From: Hemiscyllium ocellatum
Lineage: Eukaryota
Length of the DNA stretch: 64,000 nucleotides
Assembly (NCBI RefSeq): GCF_020745735.1
Contig: NC_083412.1
Coordinates: 59,176,320-59,240,319 of the forward strand
Direction of reading: 5' to 3'
A program made the translations under genes and the position numbers. The number at the start of each line of letters is the position of its first letter. Within the stretch, counting starts at the first letter, position 1. Positions 35,566 through 49,337 of this stretch are shown one piece after another. The notes under the pieces are model-generated. The model ran no database searches and was not told where the DNA came from. It saw only the letters and a list, made by a program, of their open reading frames with translations.

Positions 35566-36134
35566 ATAAGACCATAAGACATAGGAATGTAAGTAAGGCC
35601 ATTCGGCCCATCGAGTCCACTCCGCCATTCAATCATGGCTGATGGGCATTTCAACTCCACTTACCAGTGTTCTCCCCGTAGCCCTTAATTCCTTGTGACA
35701 TCAAGAATCTATCAATCTCTGCCTTGAAGACATTTAGCATCCCGGCCTCCACTACACTCTGCGGCAAAGAATTCCACAGGCCCACCACTCTCTGGCTGAA
35801 GAAATGTCTCCGCATTTCTGTTCTGAATTGACCCCCTCTAATTCTAAGGCTGTGTCCACGGGTCCTAGTCTCCTCGCCTAACAGAAACAATTTCCTAGCG
35901 TCCACCCTTTCCAAGCCATGTATTATCTCGTACGTCTCTATTAAGTCTCCCCTTAATCTTCTAAACTCCAATGAATACAGTCCCAGGATCCTCAGCCATT
36001 CCTCATATGTTGGACCAGCCATTCCAGGGATCATCCGTGTGAATCTCCGCTGGACACTTTCCAGTGCCAGTATGTCCTTCCTGAGGTGTGGGGACCAAAA
36101 CTGGACACAGTACTCCAAATGGGGCCTAACCAGA
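35566..36134 (-). mobile_element. Young 5'-truncated CR1 (ataagacc-tail subfamily) nested in an older + strand CR1 (about 35440-36440)
   Basis: Intact ORF 35651-36118 reads EYCVQFWSP...LRGDLIETY...FFSQRVV. The tail is ataagaccataagacatagg. Confidence 0.9.
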
Positions 36135-36544
36135 TTTTCTTATGAGAAGAGATTAAGTCGTCTGTACATATTAGAGTTTAGAAGAATGAAAGGTGACTTT
36201 ATTAAAGCATATGGCAATTGTAAAGGGTAGATGCGGAGTGTGTGTTTCCATGTGTGGGAGAGTCTACGAAGAAAGGGCATAATCTCAGAGTGAGACATCA
36301 CCCATTTAACACATAGATAAGGAGTAATTTCTATTCTAAGTACAGTGAATTTGTGGAATTTCTTATCCAGAGGGCTGTTGGGACTGAGTCATTAGGTATA
36401 TTCAAGATTGTGATAAACTCATTCTTGAACAATAAGAGGCTCAAAGATTATGGGGAAAAAATGATAAGAAAGTGGAATTGATGATAATGAAATCAACTAT
36501 GATTAGTGTTCCTACAATTTTGTTTTGTATGGACCTCTGGAGTC

Positions 36545-37215
36545 CTGAAGGTGACAGCACAAGTGGATAAGATAAAAAAGAAGGTATATGGCATGCTTGC
36601 TTCATCGGTCGAGGCAATGAGTAAAGAAATTGGCAAGTCATGTGTGAGACTTTATTTAGGTCACATTTGGAGTATTGTGTGCAGTTCTGGTCCCCACACA
36701 ATAGGAAGGATGTTGAGGCTTTGGAGCGGGTGCAAAAGAGGTTTACCAAAATGCTGCCTGGATTGGAGTATATTAAAGAAAAGGAGAGGTTGAACAAACT
36801 TGGATTGTTTTCGCTAGAGCTTCGGAGGCTGAGGGGTGATCTGATAGAAATATATAAAATTATGAGAGGCATGGATAGGGTGAATAGTTGGAGCACTTTT
36901 CCCCATGGTGGAAATGTCAAATACTAGGGGGCGTAGGTTTAAGATGAGAGGGAACAAGCTAAAAGGAGATGTACAAAGAAAGATGTTTCTAGACAGAGAG
37001 GTTGTTCAGACTGCATTGCCAGTGGAAGTAGTTGAAGCAGATATGATAGCAAAAGTTAAGAGGCATTTAGACAGGTACATGAACAGGTAGGTAATAGAAG
37101 GAGATGGACCATTTTCAGGCAGTTTAGTTTGTAATGGTATCATGGTCAGCACAGACAGGGTGAGCTGAAGGACCTGTTTCTGCACTGCAGCATTCTTGTA
37201 TTCTATATTCTATGT
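36545..37215 (+). mobile_element. 5'-truncated CR1 LINE
   Basis: ORFs 36640-36927 and 36905-37090 match the CR1 RT C-terminus. Confidence 0.85.
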
Positions 37216-37638
37216 CATGCAGAGACTGCATAACTTAGAGTGAAAATTAGCTGTGAGCTCATCAAATAGTGGAATAGACTCAATGGGCTGAATGGCCTAT
37301 TTCTGCTTCTAGATCTTATGGTCTCAGAGAATCAAGGAATATGAAGAGAGAATGGAATTGAATCCCAAGGATAGTCATGATGGTATTTCATGTTGAAACA
37401 GACTTGATGGATCATACAGTCTATTCCTGTTCTAATCTTTTTGTGTTCTTATGTATTGTGTTTGGCAATATTAAACATTTTAATTAAAAAATAACAATAC
37501 ATCCTTTTCCTTTTGCCAAATTCATCCCCTCTTCTCTCTGAAAGGCATTAATTGGTTACTGAAGTAGCTTTGCAGGGGTTGGATTGCCCTTTGGTATCTT
37601 GTCCAGGGAGATCACTAGGCATTTGTGAATCTTGATAG

Positions 37639-38284
37639 TGTTATGACACGGGGTAAACCCTTCTGCTAATTTAAATCAGACACACTGAAAAGCTCACCTC
37701 GCCTCATAATCTGTAAAAGTATGAGTAACAAAGAATTACCAAATCCCACCATTTAAAGAAAAATTTAACAATTTATTATTTAACTCCAAGAAAAAGAGAA
37801 TATTAAAAACAACAATTTACACTGTAAGCCTCTTTTGTCTGACTGATCTATCTACCTCCCACTCTAACCATATACTGATCCAATAAAACCGCCTGATTAA
37901 TTTAACAGAAAAATCAAATTTCAAAACCAGCTATGTCACTTCTCCTCTGTATCTTCCTCTGTAGATTTTCCTGGGTTGTTTCTTCAGTCTTTAGGCTACA
38001 CTTCCTGTTCAAAATGACAGATTTTTATACCCCAAAATATCGGATCATCTCATAGTTTAATGTCGTCAAAACAGTAAAATTCAAATGCGACTGGATTTTC
38101 TTATCTTGGAGGATAATTTAAACTGAATTTGAATTTGTTGTGTAAAATAGCAACTCCGCTCAGCTATTTGTTTCATAGCCAAATGTTATATTTTTAAACT
38201 TTTCAGCACACTCTGTGCTTGTTAAGTCCTTGCCAGCTTTCACTCTCTCTTAAAGGTACAGTACACACCTACAACTTCATAATA
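37639..38284. mobile_element. Solo LTR, same family as 17620-18328, with 4-bp TSD ATAG
   Basis: Termini TGTTATGA...TCATAATA. ATAG occurs at 37635-37638 and 38285-38288. It shares ggggtaaaccc...taatctgtaaaa with the first copy. Confidence 0.82.
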
Positions 38285-39100
38285 ATAGTAAGTGCTGCAG
38301 CTTGTGTGTGATTCCAACATTGATTCCAAATTAGCCAAACATAGACATGAACACATGCTCTTCCAATATAGTTTGAACTGCAATGGGCAAAAGAACTCAA
38401 TTTATTTTGATCTCTCTAATCCAGGGCCATTTATAAGGATAAACATGCATTTATATGTCATCTTTCGCACCTTCTGCTTTACAGCCAGTGGTGTACCTTT
38501 GAATTGAAGCCATTGTTGTAATGTAAGAAATGTATATTACACTCCATGCCACCCAATGCCCTTCTGCCTATTCTCCATGCCTGCCCCAAACCTGTACCCA
38601 CTACCCTGACTCTTAGTAATAGTCCCTGTGCATGCCAAGCTAAACTTGCACACACTCTCCTTTGCCCTCTCCCCATCATGTCAACTCAACCTATCGACTT
38701 CAGGAGCTGAGCTGATATAAAATTATAAAGCTAATGATGCTGTGAATATTTTGAAAAAAATTTCAGTGACCTAAGAAAAAAACCAACAAACTCTCTCTTC
38801 CGCCACCTTCCCTTCTTTCGCCACCTCCCCCTGCCACCCACCCCGCCCCAACCCCATCCATGCTCAGTTACTTGAAAGGCAAGACATTATGTTGACTGCT
38901 CAGTATTTGGCAAGTACCACATTTGTTTTCCCATACAGGGACACAGTTTGTTTCAGAGCATTAGTTCAATTCACTGTTGAGACTGTTGCATTTGATGTGG
39001 TTTTATTTAATCAGTAAGTGTCATCCAACTTTCCTCCCTCCACAACTGTAAAAGAGAAGCTTCTTTAGCAGCTCCAAAGAGCGTAAACATTAATTTTAAT

Positions 39101-39105
<5 letters not shown>

Positions 39106-39131
<26 letters not shown>
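39106..39131. repeat. (TC)n microsatellite
   Basis: About 13 perfect dinucleotide units. Confidence 0.9.
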
Positions 39132-42100
39132 CCCCTTCCATTTCATTATGTAATCATCTTTTTCTTTCCCTTCACTCCCATCTCTATCATCAACTTCAGT
39201 CTTGAACATAGCTGTCCCTTGAGGTCCTGGAGTCAGCTTTGCATCAAAGCTCATTTCCTACAAGTAGGATTGAATGGAGCCAGTAGCCACTAATGTTCTC
39301 ACTGTTCTTGTGCAGCAGTAATTAGAGCTACTGTGCATTAGAAGCAATAAAAGTTCTTTCTGAGCCATTCCCTAAAATCACTTGGGATGGAAGTTTTTAC
39401 TTTTACCCTGAATATTATGAATCATTCATAAGGAATTCTGAAACCTGCTTCTAAACTTTAACATAATATATGTTTATTAACCACTAAATATGATTTATTT
39501 CTTATTTAAGGGCATTTTCCTCAAAAACAAAAATAATGCGACAAAGACAAAAATAATGTGACAAAGAAAGGGATAAGAGACATCACAGAAAGAACTTAAG
39601 TGAAATGTATGGCTCCACCCATTTGTCAAAACTGCATCTATTTCAGATACCGTAGGATCTTCTCAAGCCATCTGTGGCAATCACATGCATTCTGAGCTGA
39701 AAGTACAGTGTCAACCATGTTGCTATGGGCTTTCAGTCCCACACCAGAAACCACTGTTAGATAAGGAGCATGACAACTATTTGATGATCCCATTACCAAA
39801 TTAACTTGTGCCATCAATATACCACGTGTTGGCCTAACTGTGGTTTCAGGAAAGCTAGGCCTATTTCTGGCCTAACGAACAGATCCATAAAGGGGCTGAT
39901 TTCAGGCTGCTACCAAAATGTGCGCTACTGAAAAGAAAGTGATAACCCAGAAGGAGCAAGACTGACCCTCCCAGGTCTATATCAAAACCACAGGTTTCTC
40001 TCAGATAACTTCACCCCAATTCCAAATGCTACCTCAATTTGCCACTATTCTCACAACTCAACCACAACCTCAACCCTCTCATCCAACCATTACCTCGACC
40101 CTCGCAACCCTCCGACCTGAATGCTACCTTGGCACTTCTTGGCCTGACTACTGCTACAGAACATCCCTCTCCCCCGTCACAATCAGTGTCTAAACCCAGC
40201 CCTTCCATTTATTCCACTGCCACCTCTACTTTACCTATCCCACTGCAACATAGGCACTCACCATTGTGACCATTGCCTCAACACTCTCCATTCCAATTCA
40301 CTATATATTGGTATAAAGCAGGACGTTTTTCTAAAATGGGGGGAAAAACATTTAACTTTTTGTCCATTTAGCTATTATCTAAATTTTCATGAGTTTCTTT
40401 ACAGGGTAAGAGAGGAATAAACAATACAATGTAAGTTAAGCATCACAAATCCAATAAAACATGACTTTTTGGAATCTGTGACTTTGAAAACTCTTAATGT
40501 GTTTTTTTAAAAAAATCAGATGTCAGGTTAACATTTGTAAAACTGTTACTGAAAGTCAGATCGAAACCTAAATACATTGTTACATATAGAAATTCTCTCT
40601 CCAATGTGAATTAGTTTTCTCCAGTTCTAAAGACTCTGACTTACTGAATTACAATCTATAGGGCCTGTTAAGCCTTCGTTTTTTTCCTAATGTCCCATTA
40701 TTCATCTCAAAATCTCTCCAGTGAATGCCAATAAACTGTTTTAACATTATGATTCAACATGACTCTGTTTGAAATGGGGAGCAGACCTTATGTGTACTTT
40801 CCCTTTGGGATTGTTGCATTATGATCAGGAGAAGGAACTCAAACTGCATTCTTCTTTTCCCAATGCATACTCACTGATGTAATGCTGCAATTGTCACATT
40901 TTAATTCGCACAAGGATTGAAATGTTCTTTTTGTTTCATGGCATTACAAGCATTGGATTGGTAGAATATTGTTGCTATGCATTCAGTCTTCCTTGATAAC
41001 ACGCGTGACGGTTCTGTGATCAAAACATGACAATCATAGAATCATTCAGGACAGAAAAAGATCATTTGTCCCAGGATGCCTATGCAAACGTATTGCCAAT
41101 TTGTTCTTCTGCCATTCTCTTTACTCATTGAATTGCAAGAAGAAATTACATCTTTGATAAAAATTAAAGTAAATTTTCCTTTTTCTGTTCTGCCTAGAAT
41201 GGCAAAGGAGAAGAAATTGAACTAGAAATCCTTAGTATCTGGATTTTGAGGATTTCCTTATGTCTTTTTAGGGGGCAGTGCTGGATCAGAATCTGCCTTA
41301 AGCATAATCCCAGTACTAACATTTGGACTAACCAGGAGAATCCATTTGCATTAGTTCTACCTCAGTTTGCTTAACCCCAAAAGGTTAAGCTTGCCTGATG
41401 CTCCCTATGGACAAGTAATGAATACAGTTTTTCCAAGAGCATGCCAAAGATCCAAGTTGAATTTATGCAGCTGGACCAGGCTCACTTAGGATCTTAGATC
41501 TTTGTGACCTTCTGACTGCTCTCTGTAGCATGGTCACAGATACAGTTCTCCAGAATTTCAGCAAGTCAGGCAGCATCTGCAGAGGAAACACATGCTGTCT
41601 GAACTGAAAGTATTCTTCGAGAAGGATCATCTCACAAGGAACAAATCAAAGAGAAGGTGGAAGAACACAATCTGTGAGCACCCAGACACAGGAAAAGAAA
41701 TGGAATGACTGGTGAGTCGCTCAAGTGGAGCACCAAGAATAAAGTAGGGGACAAACCCAAGGTACAGTGAATACCTGCTAAAGGGATGGAAATTAGGCTG
41801 GTGAAAATAGAAGCATTTAAAACTAGAAAAGTAAGCACGTTGAATTAGTTCAGGCGCTTGATTACTGATGTGGCCGGGACTCTAATAGATGGACTGTCCA
41901 CTTCATATATTTATTTCAAGTAGCAAAAGTGTAAACTGCTCCTTGGACCTTACCTGCTTTTTCTTCGACAAGGCTGTTGGATCCCTGCAGCCTGTTTTCT
42001 ATGATTACCTATCCAGCTGGCTAACCCCATTCTGGTCTGCTAGCCACCTGCCTGCTTCTCACAATTTACATAGGTTATCACAATGCTAGTTGATCACCTC

Positions 42101-42934
42101 CTGCATCTCCTTCTGTCAGTCACTCATTCCTCTTCCAATCACACTATGTCCAAGTCTGCTGCCACCACATCTTTCCACCCAGTTGTGGGCATCCTAATTT
42201 TCTTCACATCAATCCATCCCCATCATTTATCTCAACTTATTTCCTCTCTCACTCTGCAATAGACCATTATACCACTTCAGTCTCTTCCCAGCCACTTGAT
42301 GGTCCTGCAATCTTCACTGATCTCCTGATGTACTGATTCCTGATTTTTGCCCTTTCTTGTTACTCCACACACCCATCTCCGCATCCAATTTTATTAGTTG
42401 CTTTTCCTTTTGTCTTGCTGTTGCCCAAGTTTCAATGTTATGCAATAAGTCTCATAAAATTCTTGTAAATTCTTCCTTTGAGTTTCAGCAACACTTTTCT
42501 ATCATCTAACGATGGCATTCTATATGTTTTGTATACACATTTTAAAAATTCTTAATCGTACTTTATCACCACAGTTCTAATATCAACTTTTTGCAGGCTG
42601 GTCAGTTTCTTTTCCTGCTTGTGTTGTCTTGCCATTCCTTTATTTTGTTTCTCTTTCCCTCACTCTGATCCATTTCACTGCTGTCACGCAAGAAATGCAG
42701 CAGCCAGTTTGCATAAAACTACCTCTCTCAAGCAGAACTATGATAACAATCAAATCCCCTGTGGGATAAAAGCAACAAAGAGTGCTAAAACTGGCAGGTC
42801 AGGCAGTGGAGAGAAAGAGAACTAATTTTTCAGGTTTATGATCCTTCATCAGAATCCTTTAAGAATTTTTTTGTTCTTCTTTCATGTTTCCAACATCTGC
42901 AGTATTTTATTTATATATTTATGGTCAAAGAATA

Positions 42935-43162
42935 AGTACTGCTCAGGGCACTGGGAGAAGTCTTCTGTTCTTCTGCGGATGCTGTCATAACATCTTGAGA
43001 GGATAGACAGGACTTATTTTATTATCTCATCCAAAAGACAGCATCTCTAACCATTTAGAACGCTCTCATACTGCATTGGGGCATTAACTAGACAAAACGT
43101 GTAACTTTCTGGAACAGACTTGAACCCACATCTTCCTAACTCAGATGAGAGTGCTCCTAATA
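42935..43162 (-). mobile_element. Old tRNA-derived SINE with a Deu-domain-like core
   Basis: The minus strand reads gtgggttcaagtc (B box), then gatgagataataaaataagtcctgtctatcctctcaag...gaagaacagaagacttctcccagtg, resembling the recalled DeuSINE core. A possible tail fragment lies at about 38445-38530. Confidence 0.5.
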
Positions 43163-43184
43163 GTGTTCATCTGTAATACCTTGT

Positions 43185-43220
43185 AGCTCTGATGAAGGAA
43201 CCCACCCTGAAATATTAACT
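43185..43220 (+). ncRNA. Minimal hammerhead motif (family 4) with intact core residues
   Basis: AGCT-CTGATGA-AGG AACCCAC CCT-GAAA-TATT-AACT. Stem III is palindromic ATAT and stem I has one mismatch. Confidence 0.5.
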
Positions 43221-43225
43221 CGTCT

Positions 43226-43511
43226 GATTAGATTACTTACAGTGTGGAAACAGGCCCTTCGGCCCAACAAGTCCACACCGACCCACCGAAGCACAACCCA
43301 CCCATACCCCCTACCTAACTCTACGGACAATTTAGCATGGCCAATTCACCTGACCCCGCACGTCTTTGGACTGTGGGAGGAAACCGGAGCACCCAGAGGA
43401 AACCCACGCAGACACGGGGAGAACGTGCACAGTCAGTCGCCTGAGTCAGGAATTGAACCCGGGTCTCTGGCGCTGTGAGGCAGCAGTGCTAACCACTGTG
43501 CCACCGTGCCG
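43226..43511 (-). mobile_element. Full-length young HE1/V-type SINE
   Basis: Reverse complement of the 18355 SINE, with a (gatta)n tail. Confidence 0.92.
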
Positions 43512-44329
43512 TCTGCTCCCACCACAGCTACAGCCTGGCTTGCAGAAAGTTACTTGCATTTTCTGTTCTAAATTAAAATAGAATCAGAATTGAATATTTA
43601 ATTTTTTTCATAGTTGTACAAATTATTTATAAACTATTAATATTAAATTTTCAATTTCCACACAGATCATCATTCTACCCAAGATCAGATTACTTGACAC
43701 TTATTAAACATATATCATTTTTCACAGGTGCATCGATTAGAACAATGGACACAATACATACTTTCATTCCTCCCACACTTGGGGAAAGTTCTTCACAATA
43801 CAATTCAGTCATGATTCCAATTTACTCTGTTTATTGATTTTTAATTTTTGATCCCTAAATACTCTACAGAAAGGCACTTAAGCTAAACATCAACACAGTC
43901 AGAGTAATGGTGTCAAACAACAGGAAACAGTCACAAGATATTGTTTCAAGTTTTACAATCTCTTTATATATAAAGATTAATTTAACATCACAAAAGGGAA
44001 ATTATGGTACATTGTTCTGCACTTCTATTGAATAATCATCTGTGTCAATGAGTAGAGTTAAAACTTATTTTGGAAAACTGCTTTCTTTTGTATACATTCC
44101 TAATAAATAATAACCAGTTTGCACATAGAAATTGCATATGACTCAATGACTCAAGTGCAAGGAGCTCTTGGACTTCTTTGTTGTTGAATTTGAGCCCAGC
44201 CAATCAGCTGTCTCTGTTATTTCCCCACCTGTCATTTGCCCAATCAACCAAACTTCCTCTAAGGAACCACTTTGTCCTACCCCTGAACTCACATCTCTTT
44301 CCAGTTAACTTTCTATCTACCTTCATGAC

Positions 44330-44900
44330 GGGTGTTGAGGTTTAAATACAGTTGTACAGAATGTTTGTGAGGCTGCACCTGGAGTATTGTGTACATTCCT
44401 GCTCCCCAAATTTAAAAAAGGAGATTCTGACATTGGAGGCAGTTGAAAAAAATGTACAAGACTGACTCCTGGATCGAAGGGGTTGATTTATGAAGAATGG
44501 TTTAACATGTTAGGTCTTTATGTATTAGAATTTAGAAGAATGAGGGATGACCTTGTTGAAATATATAAGATTCTGAGGTGGTTGACAGGGTAGATGTTCT
44601 GAGCATGGTTCCACTATTGGGGAATCAGGACATAGATAAAGAAAAATAGGACTCTCATTTAAAACTGACGTGGAAAGGAATTTCTGCTCCTAGAGGCTCA
44701 TGAACCTTTGAAGTTCTGTACCCCAAAGAATTGTGGCAGAGAGATCACTGAACATATTTAATGAGGGGGGCAGATAGATTTTAGAAATGTCAGGGAGTTT
44801 AGAGTTATGCTGAACTGGTATGAGAGTGGAGTTAAAGCCTAATGCAGATCAGCCTTGGATTTTGACAAAAGGTGAGGCAGGTTTGAGGGCCTGAATTCCA
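44330..44900 (+). mobile_element. Old CR1 3' fragment
   Basis: cacctggagtattgtgtaca...ttagaagaatgagggatgaccttgttgaa motifs; heavily decayed. Confidence 0.7.
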
Positions 44901-45389
44901 TGTCGTGCTCCCATTTCTTTTCTCCAAAGCTTCTTGGACCACAAGGTCTACTTGCTGTTCCCACAACTTACTCACATTAAACTTTACTTCCTGTGGATAG
45001 CGAAACAGAGTTAACATTGAGTCTAATATGACTCAAAATATTAGCTCTGTTTCTCTGTCAAAACTGCTGAGATTCCCTAGCAATTTCTGTTTTTACTTTA
45101 GATTTACAGCATCTGCAGTATTTTGGCATTATTAAACTTCCCTTCCTGGTCTTCTCAGTAGCTAATATTGTTCAAGTACAGTCTCACTATTCTTCAATTC
45201 TGCCATCAATACCTATCTCCTTAAATTAAAAGGGCTATGGCCTCAACCACCTTGCAAACTACCACCTATCTCTTAGCATTCGTGGTCCTTCACCATATTT
45301 GTTGTGTCCCAAATAAATTCACACCTTGCCTGGTTTGAATCCCTCTGATCAGATTTCCTCGCCATGGTACCAAAAGAGCATGGTATCCA

Positions 45390-46400
45390 ATGTTACATAG
45401 AAACATAGGAAAGAGGAGCACAAGTAGGTCATTCAGCCCTTTGAGCCAGCTCTGCCATTCAACGTTATCATGGATCATCATCCAACTCAGTACTCTGTTC
45501 TCTCATGATTGTAATGAGGTCAGCCAAGCAGACCTCATAGATTATGAGTTCCCTGATTGGGGCTGTTAATCTGGTCCAATTAGGCGGCCCTGGTTGATAG
45601 ATATAAACAGGAGTGTGGGACATCCTGTTCACTCAGAGAGCTGGTTCAGGGGGAACTGGATCAGTGTCAAGGACTTTGCACATGTGAAGAAATAGTGACT
45701 TAGTGACAGGATTCCAGCCTCTGTGAAGTTTTTCACTCTTGCTGCTTTTTCTGTGTACTCCTTGCCCTGAGTGCTATATCCAACTTCTTCTTGAAAACAT
45801 TCAACTTATTGGTCTCAACCACTTTCTGTGGGAGAGAATTCACAATCTCTAACCCCTTGGAAGAAGAAATTTTTCCGCATCTTAGTCCTAAATGGCCTAT
45901 CACATTTCCTTCAACTGTGATCTCTAGTTATGGACTCCTTAGTCAAGGCTTCTTGGAATTTTATAAATTTCTATGAGATCGCCCCTTTTAAACCCCAGTG
46001 AATATAAACCTAACCAACCAAGTCTGTCTTCATGCATCAGTCAGTTTATTGCATTTCCTTCATAGCTTAAGCACCCTTCCTTAGATAACAATGGGCACAG
46101 TACACCAGATATAGTCTCACCAAGGCCTCAAACAATCGCAGGAAGCTACCCCTGCTTCAAGTCATCTCGACATGAAGGCCAATGTGCCAATTTCCGCCTT
46201 AACCATCTGCTGCACCTGCATGGTTATTTTCAGCAACTGGTGTACAAGAACATCCAGGTTTGTCACCTTTCCCTTTCCCAAATTATCGCCACTCATAATA
46301 ACATGCCTACCTGCTTTTGCTACAAAAATGGACAACCTCACATTTATACCCATTACATTTCATCTATGTTGCATTTGCCAAATCACTGAACATTTTCAAA
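45390..46400 (-). mobile_element. Old CR1 3' fragment interrupted by a short LTR-like element
   Basis: Tail catagaaacatagg near 45396; ORF 46162-46353 contains NLDVLVHQLLK. Confidence 0.7.
45510..45735 (+). mobile_element. Short solo-LTR-like element (about 225 bp)
   Basis: TG...CA termini with internal CCAAT and TATAAA. It sits within CR1 sequence, and no TSD is recognisable. Confidence 0.55.
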
Positions 46401-48140
46401 TTGAGAAAGTTGGCAGCCTATGGACAAAGCTTAATGCACTCCAGTGGGTGAGTTTGGTGATGGTGTAGGACTCATTCAGGCCCTTCATGAATGATGACTG
46501 CACTTGATTTCTTATGGGTGGGTTTTCTACTAGTTCCATTTAATGACAAGAATTACATGGGTCCAGATTTCATTCTAGTTTCAATATTCTGCAGAGTTGA
46601 GCCTTTCAGATTGTCATCTAGCTTATTTTTGGTTGGACTTCCAGTTACAGCTTTTGATTATTATGACTTCAATTTCCGCAACTTTCCATTTCCTGTGAAT
46701 TGTTATGATTTCCAGAATTTAGTGAGCAAACTTGCCTTATATTTGATGTGAGAGAGTGCCATTCAAGCAATGTAACCAATAATTGTATCTGTTTACAAAT
46801 GAACAAAATGCCGATGGTCCTTCATGTACTACGGTAAATTTTTACACTACCATCAGTGAGTGAGCTTATATCAAATGGATGAGTGAAAGGGTTTGCATTT
46901 GCTCTGAGGTATACAAGTCAATGTCAGATGACAGTTTAATCAATGAGACAAAAGAGATTGAGAAGTAATAACCTACAGACCTATAAGAAAGTGGAATTCT
47001 GTAGATGATCACACACTAAATGTCTGCTAAGGTAGAGAGATTGATGGATAAGTAGGCGCATACCTGAACTGACCTAAAAGACTACTGCATTGACATGCAG
47101 GAACCCTCAATAGGACACAACTGGGAAATCAGAAACACATTATTGCTACTATATCTGGTATTTTATTACAGATCAGTTTTGCAGCTTAAATCCTGGCAGA
47201 TTAATCATGTATTCCTTTTGTACTGACCTGAGCAAAAAGACGTTTTTTTTTTAGAAAAGACAGTGTTATGAGGGTAAAAGAATAAATTCATTTCAATGCT
47301 GCTTGGAATGCCACATTCAGATTTATTACTTCTGTGTAAAAATTGAGGAGCACCAATTGTCTTATTGATTTTCCTGTTTGACTGCCCTTGATTCCTTGAA
47401 GTTCAAAGCAGTTCATGCAATTGACAAACATCAACTCAAAAACTCATGGTCTAATTTTATTTCTCTCCCAGATATTTATTTTCTCATATGGTGTTACTCT
47501 CGATGTGCCCCACATCACTGACTACCTGAATATATGATTTTTAAAAACTTCTAGCCTGTGAAGTGAAATTAATATGAAGTATTGTTTTTCAACACATTAA
47601 TATCTTCAATTTGTACTGGTCAGTAATTTCAATTTTATGGTATTAAAATTTCGCAAAAGCCACAGCAAGTAAACTGTCTGGTGTAAGATAGTTTAGATTG
47701 TTTACTGGTCTTTGGTCAAACAGACCGAGAAGAGAAGGTTTGGCCTCAAAATAAGAACCTCAACTAATTCTTCTGCGATTGTGAACGAGAATGAAATGGA
47801 TTGTGGTTTAGTTTTAGACAATGTATTAATGTAGAAATTGTTGAATTTCCCATTATAATGAAATCCTCTCAGCAATTAATTTTCACAGTTTGGAGAAATG
47901 TTGGGAAACTGTCCAATATCCACACACTCCAGAGGCAGGGCCCTCATCACCATTTTCATTTCACAAAGGAGATGCTCGTCAAAGCACATAGATCCTCAGC
48001 CTCAGAACAGGATGAGGATAGCATTCTCAGTAGTTATGAATGTGTTTGTAGTGATGAACCTGTTTCCATTTGGGTGCAATTCAGGTTGCAGGAGCAGCAT
48101 CTTCAACATCTTACGAGTTTAATATACACTATTTAATCAG

Positions 48141-49337
48141 GTGGCAGGGGCAGATCATGCCTTACAAACCTTATTGAATTCTTTTAGGAAGGTCGAGCAG
48201 TGGATGTGGTGGACATTTAATAAGGTTCCCCAGGTTAGGCTCATTCAGAAAGTAAAGAGGCATGGGATAGAGGAAACCTGTATTGTCTGGATACAGAATT
48301 GGCTGGCCCATTGAAGACAGTGGGGGGGAAGATGGTAGATGGAAAGTATTCAGCTTGGTGATCACAGGTGTTCCGCAGGGATCGGTTCTGAGATCCCTGC
48401 TCTTTGTGATTTTTATAAATGACTTGAATGAGAAAGTGGAAGAGTGGGTTAGTAAGTTTGCTGATGACATGAAGGTTGGTGGAGTTGTGGATAGGATGTA
48501 GGGCTGTTGTAGGATGCAACAACACATTGACAGAATGCAGAACTGAGCTAATAAGTGGCAGATGGAGTACAACCTGGAAAAGTGTGAAGCCATTCACTTT
48601 GGAAGGTTGAATTTGAATGCAGAATATAGGGTTAAAGGCAGGATTCTTGGCAGTGTGGAGGAACAGAAGGATCTTGGGGTCCATGTCCATTGACTCCCTC
48701 AAAGTTGCCAACCAGGTTGATAGGGTTATTAAGCAAACATATGGTGTGTTGGCTTTCATTAGTCAGGGGATTGAGTTTAAGAGCCGCAAGGTTGTACTGC
48801 AGCTCTATGGTTAGACCACATTTGCAATTGTGTTTTCAGTTCTAGTTGCCTCATTATAGGAAAGATGTGCAAGCTTTAGAGAAGCTGCAGGGGAGATTTA
48901 CCAGGATGCTGCCTGGACTGGAGGGCATGTCTTATGAAGAAAGGTTGAGAGAGCTAGGGTATTTCTCATTGCAGCGAAGAAGGGTGACAGGTGACTTGAT
49001 AGAGATGTACAAGATACTGTGAGTGCATAGCCAGAGATTTTTGTTCCATGGTGGAAATGACTATCATGAGGGGGCACAATTTAAGGTGATTGGAGGAAGG
49101 TTTAGGGGAGATGTCAAAGGTAGATTCTTTACACAGAGTGGTTGTTGCATGGAATGCACTGCCAGCAGTGGCAATAGAGTCAGAGACATTAGGGACATTT
49201 AAATAAGTTTTGGATAAGCACATGGAAATTAGTACAATAAAGGGCATTAGGTTAGTTTGATCTTAGAGTAGGATAAAAGGCTGGCACAACATCGAGGGGC
49301 GAAGGGCCTGTACTGTGCTGTACTGTTCTATGTTCTA
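48141..49337 (+). mobile_element. 5'-truncated CR1 LINE
   Basis: ORF 48283-48501 reads GVPQGSVL...FINDL...SKFADDMK; tail gttctatgttctat. Confidence 0.9.

Noticed and set aside
47801-48136. 111-aa ORF as a nested gene
   Set aside because: No recognisable domain, splice support or codon signal; this length is expected by chance.
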